This document shows positions 9,451-19,400 of a DNA stretch of 64,000 bases, one piece after another (the first letter of the stretch is position 1; each line of letters begins with the position of its first letter). Under the pieces are notes generated by a model. The model was not told the DNA's origin and did not search any database. It saw only the letters and a program-made list of their open reading frames with translations. The stretch lies in sequence record NC_061441.1. One strand, written 5' to 3'. A program made the translations under genes and the position numbers.

Positions 9451-11467
9451 AGTCGAATACTACGTTTGTGATTGCGATGTAGTCCATGTTGATACCATCA
9501 CCCCTATCCCAACCAGACGACACGTACAGCCAAATCTCTTGACCGACAGGTACGTCTACGTTTATCGTGTAGGTCTGAATTGCGGTGGTATTCAGTGGAT
9601 GGAAGACATTGTTCGGCGCAGTGCGCTCGTACCAATCAAGGCCACTGTGCCATGAACCCTGTTTACCTGAGTAGCGAATATCAATAGTGATTTGAGTAAT
9701 GCGGCGCGTGAAGAAGTTGTTCCATTTGAACCAACCTTTCGAGCCACCCCAAAGAACACCATAATCACCATCAGGCGAACGTACCTGCGACCAGAAGTCA
9801 CCAAAGCCACGACCACCAGTATGTTCAATCTGATAGCAGTACCAAGGGAAACTATCTGCAACAGGAGGTTGTGCGTTGTCGCCTTCAATCGTCACGCAAC
9901 GATAAGGAACCGTGAAGTCACTAACGTTGATATGTGGCGGCTGAATAGGACAGTACACATAGTACGACCAATCACATCCGATAGGTGCAGTCACGCGTAC
10001 AGTGATGTTGGCGCGAAGCACATGCTCAGGGTATTTCCAAAATTCGAGTGTACCAGTTTTCCCAGCTACAACGATTGACGTATCGAGCAGGTTCATGTTC
10101 TGGTCAAACACTTCAAACTTCGTATCAAACGAATTGGCTACACAAACAATAAGCTGTGCGCGAATGTCCGTTTGAGTTCCTAATGCAAAATTATCTTCTG
10201 TAGTTGGATGCCCGGCAGAGTACACGCTATAACTCTGACATGGGTGCATAAACTCACGCGCACCACGTTCACCAGGACAGTACAGGCTGTAGAAACAGCT
10301 CGCAAGTGATGCAGCGTTACCGAAGTCCTTGCTAACCACACGCACCATGATATCACACGCAACACCTTTCGGGTCGAAGTAGAAGTACAGGTAACCTTCT
10401 CCTGTCTGTGCGTCAAGTGTTGTTGCGATACGTCTGCCTGATTGATAGACCTCGATGAAGTCGAAGGTTTCCCATGACGTGTAATCGAGATACATCCAGC
10501 CAGCTACCCAACCGATGAAGTGATAATACTCAAACGCGTTCGAGTTCTGAATGCGTTCTGTAATAGGCCAGACAGTTGCATGACAGGGCGCTGGGAAGAT
10601 AGGGCTGCCGATATAATCTGGATGAATGACGTCAGGGAAGTTGATAACGTCATACGCTGCCTGACTATCGAGAGCCAAACCGCCACGGTCAGAAGGTGCT
10701 GCAAGACGAGGCGGATAGACTTCTAAGCTCCAGCTATAGCCTTGCGTAGTACGCACACGCACCATGATACGCATATCAGCAGCGTCAGGGTCGAACTGGA
10801 ACTTGATACGCGAACGACCAACAACCTTACCGCATGTCGAAGCAACACGCACACCCATGTGGTACACGTCAACGCTTGCACCAGCAGGAGCATACGATGC
10901 AATCATCAGCTCCACGTAGCCTTCAACAGCAGGCATTGCGTAGATTGTTTCAGTGATTGTTGCACCACGACCATGAGTGGACGCATACGGTACGTTAGGG
11001 TTAGCATATGTACCAAGCCCTGAACGCGAGGCCACGCCGACAGGGTCGTAGGTCTCAATAGTCTTAATACCAGGGCGATTGATAGATCGTCCAGTAGGTG
11101 GAGCAAATGAGTTAACAAGGCCGAAGCCAGTACGCCCAGCATCAGGCAAATCAAAGCCAGCAGGATAGCCTTTAAGAATATCATACTTCTCACGACCACC
11201 TGAGCCGATGCCATTACCAGAGCCTTTAGTTGTCGATGTAGGACCGCCGCCACACGCACCAGTTTCGAGATTCGAACAAGGGTCATCGTAAGTGGGATCG
11301 AACGAGTCATCAATTAGATGCCAGCGTTGACCCCACTGATTTCTGACGCTGAACTTCTCAGGAGTAAGAGGAGTCCAGTCACCTTCTTGTGTGCGTATGA
11401 ACATAGGCGTGTCAACACAATCGTGCCAACCGTTATTCGCAGCATTACGAACGCGAAAACGTGCCAC
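9449..11467 (-). CDS. Multi-domain fibre tip/receptor-binding-like protein (672 aa, GTG start)
   Basis: RBS TAAGGAG. N-terminal triple (R)N..W motif, three tandem ~90-aa beta-sandwich repeats each ending YPP/YCP, C-terminal lectin-like domain. Confidence 0.7.
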   Translation of the reverse strand: MARFRVRNAANNGWHDCVDTPMFIRTQEGDWTPLTPEKFSVRNQWGQRWHLIDDSFDPTYDDPCSNLETGACGGGPTSTTKGSGNGIGSGGREKYDILKGYPAGFDLPDAGRTGFGLVNSFAPPTGRSINRPGIKTIETYDPVGVASRSGLGTYANPNVPYASTHGRGATITETIYAMPAVEGYVELMIASYAPAGASVDVYHMGVRVASTCGKVVGRSRIKFQFDPDAADMRIMVRVRTTQGYSWSLEVYPPRLAAPSDRGGLALDSQAAYDVINFPDVIHPDYIGSPIFPAPCHATVWPITERIQNSNAFEYYHFIGWVAGWMYLDYTSWETFDFIEVYQSGRRIATTLDAQTGEGYLYFYFDPKGVACDIMVRVVSKDFGNAASLASCFYSLYCPGERGAREFMHPCQSYSVYSAGHPTTEDNFALGTQTDIRAQLIVCVANSFDTKFEVFDQNMNLLDTSIVVAGKTGTLEFWKYPEHVLRANITVRVTAPIGCDWSYYVYCPIQPPHINVSDFTVPYRCVTIEGDNAQPPVADSFPWYCYQIEHTGGRGFGDFWSQVRSPDGDYGVLWGGSKGWFKWNNFFTRRITQITIDIRYSGKQGSWHSGLDWYERTAPNNVFHPLNTTAIQTYTINVDVPVGQEIWLYVSSGWDRGDGINMDYIAITNVVFD

Positions 11468-11476
11468 ATGTTCTCC

Positions 11477-11968
11477 TTATGGGCGAACCCAAATAGCTCC
11501 TGGAGCTACTTCGTTGTCTATAGCAGGGTCAGTGTCTTGAACAAACACCTGTACTGCACCAGGATTACCGGGAGCACCCGTTGCGCCAGTAGGACCAGTT
11601 GGACCGGCAGGACCACGATTACCCACATAACCCTGTTTACCCATCTGACCATCAGAACCACGAGGACCTGGGCAACCGTCAGTACCGCGACGACCATCGT
11701 TACCCATGAGACCGTCGATACCGTCACGACCAGAAGGACCAACACCACCAGCAGGGCCATAGCCTATGCTGTGAATGGTAGGCAGCCCAGCAATCTGCAA
11801 CTTACCAATCGACGGTATATTCAGAGCAAGCACACCCGTCAGAGCATCAAACGAACCGTTGAGTGTGCTGTCATCTTCGGCAGTGTCTACTGTCAGACCG
11901 CCTTGAGTCGCTACGACAGGACCAGATGCGTTGGTCTTGACTAGCGCTATATCAACTTTTTCTACCAT
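11477..11968 (-). CDS. Collagen-like fibre protein C (23 triplets)
   Basis: GPAGGV...GNPGAV repeat; N-domain FDALTGVLAL..GLPT; ends QDTDP..APGAIWVRP. Confidence 0.85.
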   Translation of the reverse strand: MVEKVDIALVKTNASGPVVATQGGLTVDTAEDDSTLNGSFDALTGVLALNIPSIGKLQIAGLPTIHSIGYGPAGGVGPSGRDGIDGLMGNDGRRGTDGCPGPRGSDGQMGKQGYVGNRGPAGPTGPTGATGAPGNPGAVQVFVQDTDPAIDNEVAPGAIWVRP

Positions 11969-11977
11969 GATTACTCC

Positions 11978-12610
11978 TTACGGCCAGGTAGTGCCTTGAT
12001 CTTTTGTCGGGTCAACCCAGATTGTTCCAGCAGCAACTGCGCCTGGCTGGGTAGCACTCACAATGATAGACAGACGACCAGCAGGACCCGCTGCACCAGT
12101 AGGACCTGTAGGACCTGTAGCGCCAGTCTTACCAGTAGGGCCTGTGCCACCACGAGGACCAGTAGGTCCTGTAGGCCCCATAGGACCTGTGCGACCGTCT
12201 GGGCCAGTAGGACCAACAGGTCCAGGCAGACCATCACGTCCATCTGGACCTGGAATACCCTGTTCCCCGTCAGGACCTATCTCACCGTCACAGCCCTGTT
12301 CACCAGGATTACCGTCACGCCCATCACGACCGTCTTTGCCGTCTGCACCAGTTTCACCACGACCACCCTGACGACCTTCTGGTATGTCAGCAGCAGTAGG
12401 GAAACCATTGACCTTAACAGTCTGGCCATTAGCAAACTTGAGCGTTAGAATACCGCTGGTGGCATCGAACGACGAGTCGGCAGTAAGCTCGGACGGCACG
12501 TCTGCATCAGAAGGATTGATAGTCAGCGTACCGCGCGAAGCTCTGATTGGAGTGGGCGTAGAGGACGAACCAGCTTGAATGAGGCCCGTGTTTACTTTAA
12601 TCAGACCCAT
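11978..12610 (-). CDS. Collagen-like fibre protein B (about 34 triplets)
   Basis: GRQGGR...GPAGRL repeat; N-domain [14 protein letters not shown]; ends [17 protein letters not shown]. Confidence 0.85.
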   Translation of the reverse strand: MGLIKVNTGLIQAGSSSTPTPIRASRGTLTINPSDADVPSELTADSSFDATSGILTLKFANGQTVKVNGFPTAADIPEGRQGGRGETGADGKDGRDGRDGNPGEQGCDGEIGPDGEQGIPGPDGRDGLPGPVGPTGPDGRTGPMGPTGPTGPRGGTGPTGKTGATGPTGPTGAAGPAGRLSIIVSATQPGAVAAGTIWVDPTKDQGTTWP

Positions 12611-14052
12611 TACGTTTTCTCCGCTTTAGCAACGATATCCGTATTGTGCACCAACACATCTCCTACGAAGTAACAGTCAAACGGGTCAACGTCAATATCA
12701 ACCGTCTGCACCTGCTCATCGACACGAACAAATTCAGATACAGCGATAGGTCCTTTACGACCTAAGACAGTTTGGCCCATGCGAACATCACGCGCAGGAA
12801 CATAGCGCCATACGGACTCATCATAAATCAATACTGGGTGTTCGTGAGTGAACTTCTGACCATTGATAACATAGTAATGATCTTCTTGGCCGAGCTTCAA
12901 CGCTTTCACCGTAGCGTACACGGTGTTGCCTTTGAGACTAGGCGAAGACCAATTACGAAACTCCTTAGGCTGGTTCGAGTAACCAAGCAGCGCATCGCCG
13001 ACACGCAAGTTCTCTACAGCTTTAGGACCAACGATAGTGTTCACGGTACTGCCAAACACGATACAACCAGATGTTGCAGTGTTGATAGGGTTACGCGCCA
13101 CGACAGTCAGAGCAGAACGCACCGTAACAGTCGGACGTGAAGGTTGACCCATATCAGTTACGAGACAGCTAATGGTGCCTTTGATTGTACGATCAGCACC
13201 TAAGCCTAAACGCAGATAGAAGTTAACAATGCAGGTGTTTGTCTCGACGGCATCCAGAGTCACACCTTCTGTGGTTGTGATAGTCCATTTATACTTATAC
13301 GGACCAACGCCACCACGAGCATTGACAGGCAGATACGCCAGCGACGTAAACACATCAGAGCCTTGCACTGTACGTTGACCCACCATGTACAGATTAGACA
13401 CTGACGCAGCAAGAGGTGTGATTGTAGGCAGAGGCGGCGCAGGAGTAACGTTGGCTGTAGGGTACAACCAAACGAACACTTTACCGTCTGTAGGCTGCGT
13501 GTTAGATAGCACGGCTGTAGTGATAGGCGCTGGACCAGTAGCACCAGTAGCCCCCGCAATACAGCTAGGACCATCATTACCACGAGGGCCGATAGGACCA
13601 GTAGCACCAGTCGCGCCGTCAGGACCAGTAGGACCGTCAGGCCCTTGACGCCCTGTATCTCCTGGAGGACCGTCTTCACCGTCACGTCCAGGGTCACCTA
13701 CAGGACCAGTCTTACCTCTATTGCCTACACCGCCCGGACAACCTTGTTTGCCGGTCTCACCATCACGCCCGTCACGACCATCTCGACCAGGAGAACCCGG
13801 AGCGCCTCGACGCCCAGGTTTACCTTCGCCAAACATCGCAACAGTGGGCAACCCAGGGATGTTCACCACATCCCCGTTCTGCTTGATGAATACCAACACA
13901 CCTGTCTTGCTGTTAAATCTTACGCTGGCGAGCTGTGTTAATGTTGCCACATCGGAGTTTTCAAACTTAGCCACTCCGTCAACACCGATCAATGATTTAC
14001 CTTCATCGTTCGGAGTTGTTTCGACTTGCGAAAGTTTTAACTGTGTTGTCAT
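12610..14052 (-). CDS. Collagen-like fibre protein A with Ig-like domain and C-terminal Hint (intein-like) domain (480 aa)
   Basis: 29+3 Gly-X-Y triplets; PKD/Ig-like segment ([11 protein letters not shown]); Hint motifs SG|CIVFGS, FTHEHP, TVDIDV, VLVHN|T. Confidence 0.85.
   Translation of the reverse strand: MTTQLKLSQVETTPNDEGKSLIGVDGVAKFENSDVATLTQLASVRFNSKTGVLVFIKQNGDVVNIPGLPTVAMFGEGKPGRRGAPGSPGRDGRDGRDGETGKQGCPGGVGNRGKTGPVGDPGRDGEDGPPGDTGRQGPDGPTGPDGATGATGPIGPRGNDGPSCIAGATGATGPAPITTAVLSNTQPTDGKVFVWLYPTANVTPAPPLPTITPLAASVSNLYMVGQRTVQGSDVFTSLAYLPVNARGGVGPYKYKWTITTTEGVTLDAVETNTCIVNFYLRLGLGADRTIKGTISCLVTDMGQPSRPTVTVRSALTVVARNPINTATSGCIVFGSTVNTIVGPKAVENLRVGDALLGYSNQPKEFRNWSSPSLKGNTVYATVKALKLGQEDHYYVINGQKFTHEHPVLIYDESVWRYVPARDVRMGQTVLGRKGPIAVSEFVRVDEQVQTVDIDVDPFDCYFVGDVLVHNTDIVAKAEKT
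12643..13065 (-). other. Hint/mini-intein domain (141 aa), no endonuclease
   Basis: Cys1 codon at 13063-13065, block B TxxH (THEH), block F Asp, penultimate His-Asn ending at 12643, +1 Thr. Confidence 0.8.
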
Positions 14053-16391
14053 TTCGGTTCAACCTTAATGCACAAGTTACCAGTCAGCTTCGAACCATAG
14101 CTAGTGATCTGCGAATCAACGATACGCACCTTAGCGACGATATCAATGAAGCCTTGTGGTTGGTTCTCTTTCAGCACCGTGAACATCTGCGTCAGGCTCA
14201 CGTTCGAATACGCAATCACTTCTGTCAGACTCGTATCAGAGGTAACTACGTTGAAGCCTGCGCTGCCAGTACCTTTGAGTCCACGGCCATATTCAGCTTC
14301 GGACACGCCAGGCATCTTAAACGACAGGACGTATTCGATATGCTCTTTGCCACTCGTAGCAGCAAAGCCTGGACCAAGTTGACACTGGAAGTCAGCGATG
14401 CACGTCAGGAACACACCCTTAGAGAAGTCGATACGTTGAACGATGGTCAGTTCTTCGGAGTCTTCGACGTTCTGTTGGATGTTGTACATGTTCTTAGGGT
14501 CAGCTTCTTCGGCCAGTGCCTGTGTATTGCTGATCGTAATCTCTGGCCATGTGCCTTTGATAACGATACCTTCACCCTGAATGATTGAAGGAGCAGCGAT
14601 AGGTACGTCGATCGGAGGCAGACCTTGACGCTTGAACATGTAGCCTGTTGGCGTAGGAATAGCGTCGATGATAACACCATCAACTGAACTATCTTTTGAA
14701 CCTACAGCCATGACGTTCTCGAAGATTGTTATCTCAACGAGTGTATCGGCAGGTACCTGCGAAGTTGTTTTCAGTACGTTGCCAGCTACCGTGAAGTCAA
14801 GCGGATGAACGGTCAGACCGCCCATTGCCATTACACAGTGCGCTTTATTCAGTGGTGTAGTTGGCAGAACAAATGTATCAGCATCATAAGGCAGGCGATA
14901 CTGAGCAACACGAATACGAGTAGACCAGTTGGCGCGTTCTTCATAGCGAGCCACGTAGAATGAATACTTCTGACCCGATGGAATTGCTTCGGTCAGCGTT
15001 ACCTTGTTACCAGCATTGAGCTTATAGACCGTCGTTGGCTGCCAAGTAGAACCGACAACGCAGAAGATCATGTCAACGCTATCAATCGGCTTGTTGCCAA
15101 GAGTGAACGTAGTAGTCTGGCCGTCACCTGTGCCTTCGTAGGTATCGAACAACACCACATGGCCCTGCGACGGTTCAATACGGAACTGTCTGAGGTCAAG
15201 CGTCATACGCTGTTCAGGATAGGACGAAAGCAGAAGCTGATCATCAACAACGCTGTATGCAACACGAGGCTGCAAGACACCCGACGTACCTACCAGAAGG
15301 TCAGTAGAGCTATCAAGAATCTCGGACAGCGTGTAGCGCATCTTATCAGGAGTTGCTGTGGTCACGACAGAACTAAACAGCATCTTGCCTGGAGGTACGA
15401 ACAACGTTGCCATTGTCTGACGAGAGCTACCACCAACAGGCGCCCAATAAGGCTTCGCGTCTTTACCGCGCATCAATGCCCATGCTTCAGGCACGTCATT
15501 GTTATCAGGCCAAGGTAGACCAGCAGTAGGCGTAGTCGGGTTAGTGATTCGACGCCATACAGCAATCGTTGTCTGGGCAGATACGAATGGAATCGCACCG
15601 TCTTGGTTAACAAGCTGTCCGCCTATGAACTTGAAGTGACGACACGCACCAGCGCCTGTACCTGAGATTGTTTGAATAAGCACAATCTCATTCGCTTTCA
15701 ACACGGTAGACAGCGAAGCAATCTTGAACGTGTTAGCGTTAATGAATCCAGACGAGGTAATCTGACCACTGAACACACGGTCATGCTCGCTGAATGCCCA
15801 GTAGTAGGAGCCTGCTCCATAACGATACGCAGTTCCTGGGGAGCGCGAGCCATCAGAGTTAACGTGCATGTCGAGTACAGACACGGCATTGAACACGTTG
15901 TCGCTCAAGCTCGGCAAATTTTCAAGCGTGGCCACACTCGGAATAGAAGTGTAGTCGGCCATCTTAACAGCAAGAATCTTTTGAATGTCCTGCTGAATAT
16001 GAACGAGTAAGCTCACACGGCTGATACTGTTAGGTACAGCGATGATAGGCTCTTGCAGGACAATGTGACCAAACGGTCTATTGTCAGAAAGCATAATCAG
16101 TATTTCACCGACACGCTTCAACTGCTCCCCAGCGGCGTAGCTGAGTTTTATGTCAAAGATAAAGCGAGCGCTGTTCTCGGTAAGAACCTGAACATATGAC
16201 AATGCGCCCGACGCAAGCTCGTTGCCAAGTAACTGCTCTGGAACCACTGCTGGGTTAGAGCCTACAAAGTCACCTGCTTTAAACGACACTGGCTGGACAG
16301 CGAGTCCGCCAGAGTTAGCGTTCGCAACGGCCTGTTCTCCCTGAGGCGTTAGACGCAAAACGTCAACGTAGATAGATTCAGTGGCCATCAA
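14049..16391 (-). CDS. Baseplate/tail-collar fibre-attachment protein (780 aa)
   Basis: N-terminus 'LRLTPQGEQAVANA...' resembles tail-collar/fibre N-domains; repeated 'GDGQTTTFTL / GVLQPRVAYSV..LLLSSYP' Ig-like modules; follows the wedge genes. Confidence 0.6.
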   Translation of the reverse strand: MMATESIYVDVLRLTPQGEQAVANANSGGLAVQPVSFKAGDFVGSNPAVVPEQLLGNELASGALSYVQVLTENSARFIFDIKLSYAAGEQLKRVGEILIMLSDNRPFGHIVLQEPIIAVPNSISRVSLLVHIQQDIQKILAVKMADYTSIPSVATLENLPSLSDNVFNAVSVLDMHVNSDGSRSPGTAYRYGAGSYYWAFSEHDRVFSGQITSSGFINANTFKIASLSTVLKANEIVLIQTISGTGAGACRHFKFIGGQLVNQDGAIPFVSAQTTIAVWRRITNPTTPTAGLPWPDNNDVPEAWALMRGKDAKPYWAPVGGSSRQTMATLFVPPGKMLFSSVVTTATPDKMRYTLSEILDSSTDLLVGTSGVLQPRVAYSVVDDQLLLSSYPEQRMTLDLRQFRIEPSQGHVVLFDTYEGTGDGQTTTFTLGNKPIDSVDMIFCVVGSTWQPTTVYKLNAGNKVTLTEAIPSGQKYSFYVARYEERANWSTRIRVAQYRLPYDADTFVLPTTPLNKAHCVMAMGGLTVHPLDFTVAGNVLKTTSQVPADTLVEITIFENVMAVGSKDSSVDGVIIDAIPTPTGYMFKRQGLPPIDVPIAAPSIIQGEGIVIKGTWPEITISNTQALAEEADPKNMYNIQQNVEDSEELTIVQRIDFSKGVFLTCIADFQCQLGPGFAATSGKEHIEYVLSFKMPGVSEAEYGRGLKGTGSAGFNVVTSDTSLTEVIAYSNVSLTQMFTVLKENQPQGFIDIVAKVRIVDSQITSYGSKLTGNLCIKVEPK

Positions 16392-16417
16392 AGAACTCCT
16401 TGGGTTTTAACTCATCT

Positions 16418-16425
16418 AAATTAGC
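16418..16425 (-). promoter_or_regulatory. Putative late-promoter motif GCTAATTT
   Basis: Immediately downstream of a terminator and 27 nt upstream of the 16391 start. Confidence 0.55.
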
Positions 16426-16432
16426 GTAAATG

Positions 16433-16469
16433 AAAAAGGGAGCCGGAACATGTGCTCCAGACTCCCTTT
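16433..16469 (-). terminator. Rho-independent terminator
   Basis: GGGAG/CTCCC stem followed by a T5 tract on the minus strand, just after the stop of 16473..21008. Confidence 0.75.
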
Positions 16470-16472
16470 ATT

Positions 16473-19400
16473 TTACTGATAGCGCACTGTGATTACTGCG
16501 GTTCCGAACGCACGAGCGTTTGTGCGATAGATCAAGACGTTCTCCGTCAAGTTATCGTACACAACCTTTCCTACGATTGGTCCCTTCTTACCGTTATCTC
16601 CAGTGACAGGCCATTGAGCACCATCGAACCCAAGCCACCCCTTGTTTACTGCGCCTGTGCTGTCTGCGGCTGCTGCGAAAACAGCTTGACCGTATGACTG
16701 CCTAACAACAAAGTAACCGTATTCATCTGTCTTGGTAGACAACACGAACTGACCACCGTTGTTAGAACGCAAGCGCGTCGGCAATTGAGCGAGAGCAATG
16801 CTAACGCCTGTTATACCAAATGGTGCAATGCCGAAGCGTGGATAGGACGACATAGCTTTCATGAAGTGCGTCTGTGTTAAGCGTTGCTGACCTTCAATGT
16901 ACAGTGCTTTCACACCGAAGTCAGTATCGTTCAACAACAGGCCGATGGTTAGGCGTCCAGTCTGCGCGTTGATTGAGATGCCTTGCACGTCAACCACGTC
17001 ACCCTTACTGTTCGTTATCTGCCACAAGCATTTCGCACTAACATCATCTTTGACGAACGTACCAGTACGGCCTAACAGCGCATTCATCTGCATAGAGCTA
17101 TCATCACGAACGTTGGTATAACCGCCGACTGTAAGGTCTTGCGGGAAACCTACGCCCGGACAAGTAATCTCTTGCACCAGACTGATTTCAGTACGCTGCT
17201 CGGTAATGATACATTCCACCTTAACTGTCTGTGGGTCTTTCGAGGCAGGGAAACGGAACGTGCCGTCTTGAGCCAAGCTGAATCCACTTACAGAGTTGAT
17301 GACGTTCCATTTAAACTTAACCGAGTTCGCATCTGGAATCGCGGACGAACCACCAGCACCAGAACGACGCTGATAGTAGGCGATAAAGCGATAGTCAGTG
17401 TTCGGGTTAATGTTGCCTGCAGGATTCTCGATGTAACCGTTAAGAATCGTGTTCTGCGTTTGCAACTGAATGGTACGAGTGCCGGTGATTGTCTCGTCTG
17501 CTAACGACTGAGGGTTTTGTTTGGTGAACACCGCACGTAGCCCAATCTGACCGTCAGAGAGTTGCGACTGACCGATAAACAGGTGACCATTAAGCGGGTC
17601 AATAGACACACCGTCCACGTTAGTCTCATCACCAATAGACCAGATAGCATCAGTAGACAGGAACTCATCGTCAGGGTCAATGATGACACGCAGCGAGTAA
17701 GGCACATACCAGCGACCGTTCTCATACCCAATCGTTGGGTTTCTGTCTGACACATCCCAAACAACGTCTGGGCCTACGATACCAATCTGACGGAGATACG
17801 TGTTTGCCTGTACAAGGAACACAAGCAGGGTCTTCTCAATCTGATATTGATCGCAGGTATAACGAGCACGAAGCATTACAGCACCGTTGACGTTCTGGCT
17901 TGGCGTGAGAGTACCTTCCGCATCAATCTCCGCAACCACGTCAGTCGTAGGAATCAGGACTTGCGTGTTATTCGGACCATCTTGCGTGTAGTAGTTCTGC
18001 ACAACAGACCATTCAGAATCAACTTCGAGGTCAAACGTTCGAGGAGTTTCTTCTGCATACGAACCATCGAGAGTACGCATTACACCACCGGTCTTATATG
18101 TGTTGACCAGAGTGTAGGACTCGTTCAACACACCAGCAGAGATTTGCGTGGCACCTTCGATGCGGCTGTTAATGATATTGTTTATGCTTTGCTTAGGTGC
18201 AGGCGAAACAATCAGGTCGATCTTATTGCTCACTCGGAAGAATGAAGCAATGACCTGCGTGTACGTGTCGTAATCAGTCAGGCTCTTACCTGTCTGGAGA
18301 ATCGCACCATCGTAATACGCTTTATCCAGATCTGCCAGACTACCGATAGCGTTGAACATAGGCAGTTTGCTTACGTCCATACTACGGAAGTCTTTGTAGT
18401 CAGCAGGCGCACGTCCTTCGATGATCTCAACCACAGCAGAACCAGAGTAACGACCGGGCGAGAACTGCAAGAACTTGTACTCGTCTTCGTTTTTCTCAGG
18501 CCAGTTGCCTGTCCACTCTGCGGCTGTCACGTATTCCTGTGAGCCATCAACATAAGTTGCAAGCAAACGGACGAACGTGCGAGACTTCTCGTACATCGTG
18601 TCTGGACATTCAATCGTGATACTATCCACCAGCGAGCGCACAGGGATAAGCTGTAAGTCACGATAGTTGGTGAGCGTTGTGCCTTCGAACTCGTAGGTCA
18701 GATGAACACGCGCAGAACCATGCAGGTCACCCTGATAGTAAAGCACATACTCTTTGACGCTACGTTTCATCACAGGGTCATAAACATCAATCGTGGAGAA
18801 ACTGATATTCAACGTCACCCAGCGAGCGTAGTCAGGATTGTCTGGGTCAAATTGACTTGGGTCCTGTCCTTGTTCGACTGCCTGTTGTTGTAGCCTGATA
18901 GTACGAGCGCGAGCTTCTTCACGCGCACTATCTGATGGAAGATACTCAACCGTCGCAGCAGCCGCAGCAGCGTAAGACAGGCCGTTATTCCACAGGCACA
19001 TAATCGGCAGCATGAGCGTAGAGCCGCTACTGATTGTTGGTGAGCTACGCAGGTCAACCGATTTAGGAATCATGATCGTATCGTTAATCATGATGATGCG
19101 ATTGAACGTCTGCACACCAGAGCCTTCGATGTACGAGAAGTTAAGTGCATACGGCAGGGCGTTCCCATCAACCAATGGAGCTTCGAACTCACCTGTCTGC
19201 TGGTCAACACGAGGCAGAGCGTTAACGCCAGTAGCAGAGTCTTCGCTACTAAACCAGACGCCAAACACTTCGGTATATGCAACCACGATTGTAGGGTCAC
19301 GCGCAGCAATCTGTTCAGCCGTAGCAGAAGCCAGCACATACAACGCCATTGCTTTGGGGCGAATGATATCACGTTCAACCACAGTATCAGGAACAATAAT

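Noticed and set aside
11468-11479. Stop-codon read-through fusing in-frame fibre genes (also 11969-11980 and 6520-6531)
   Set aside because: The 9-nt in-frame gaps are explained by TAAGGAG plus 5-nt spacing (stop overlapping the RBS); UAA is a poor read-through codon. Kept only as a remote alternative to trans-complementation.
5701-14068. Plus-strand 'collagen-like' GPV/APV ORFs (5701..6114, 12063..12371, 13385..13648, 13721..14068)
   Set aside because: Antisense artefact of GGN-CCN codons in the genuine minus-strand collagens.
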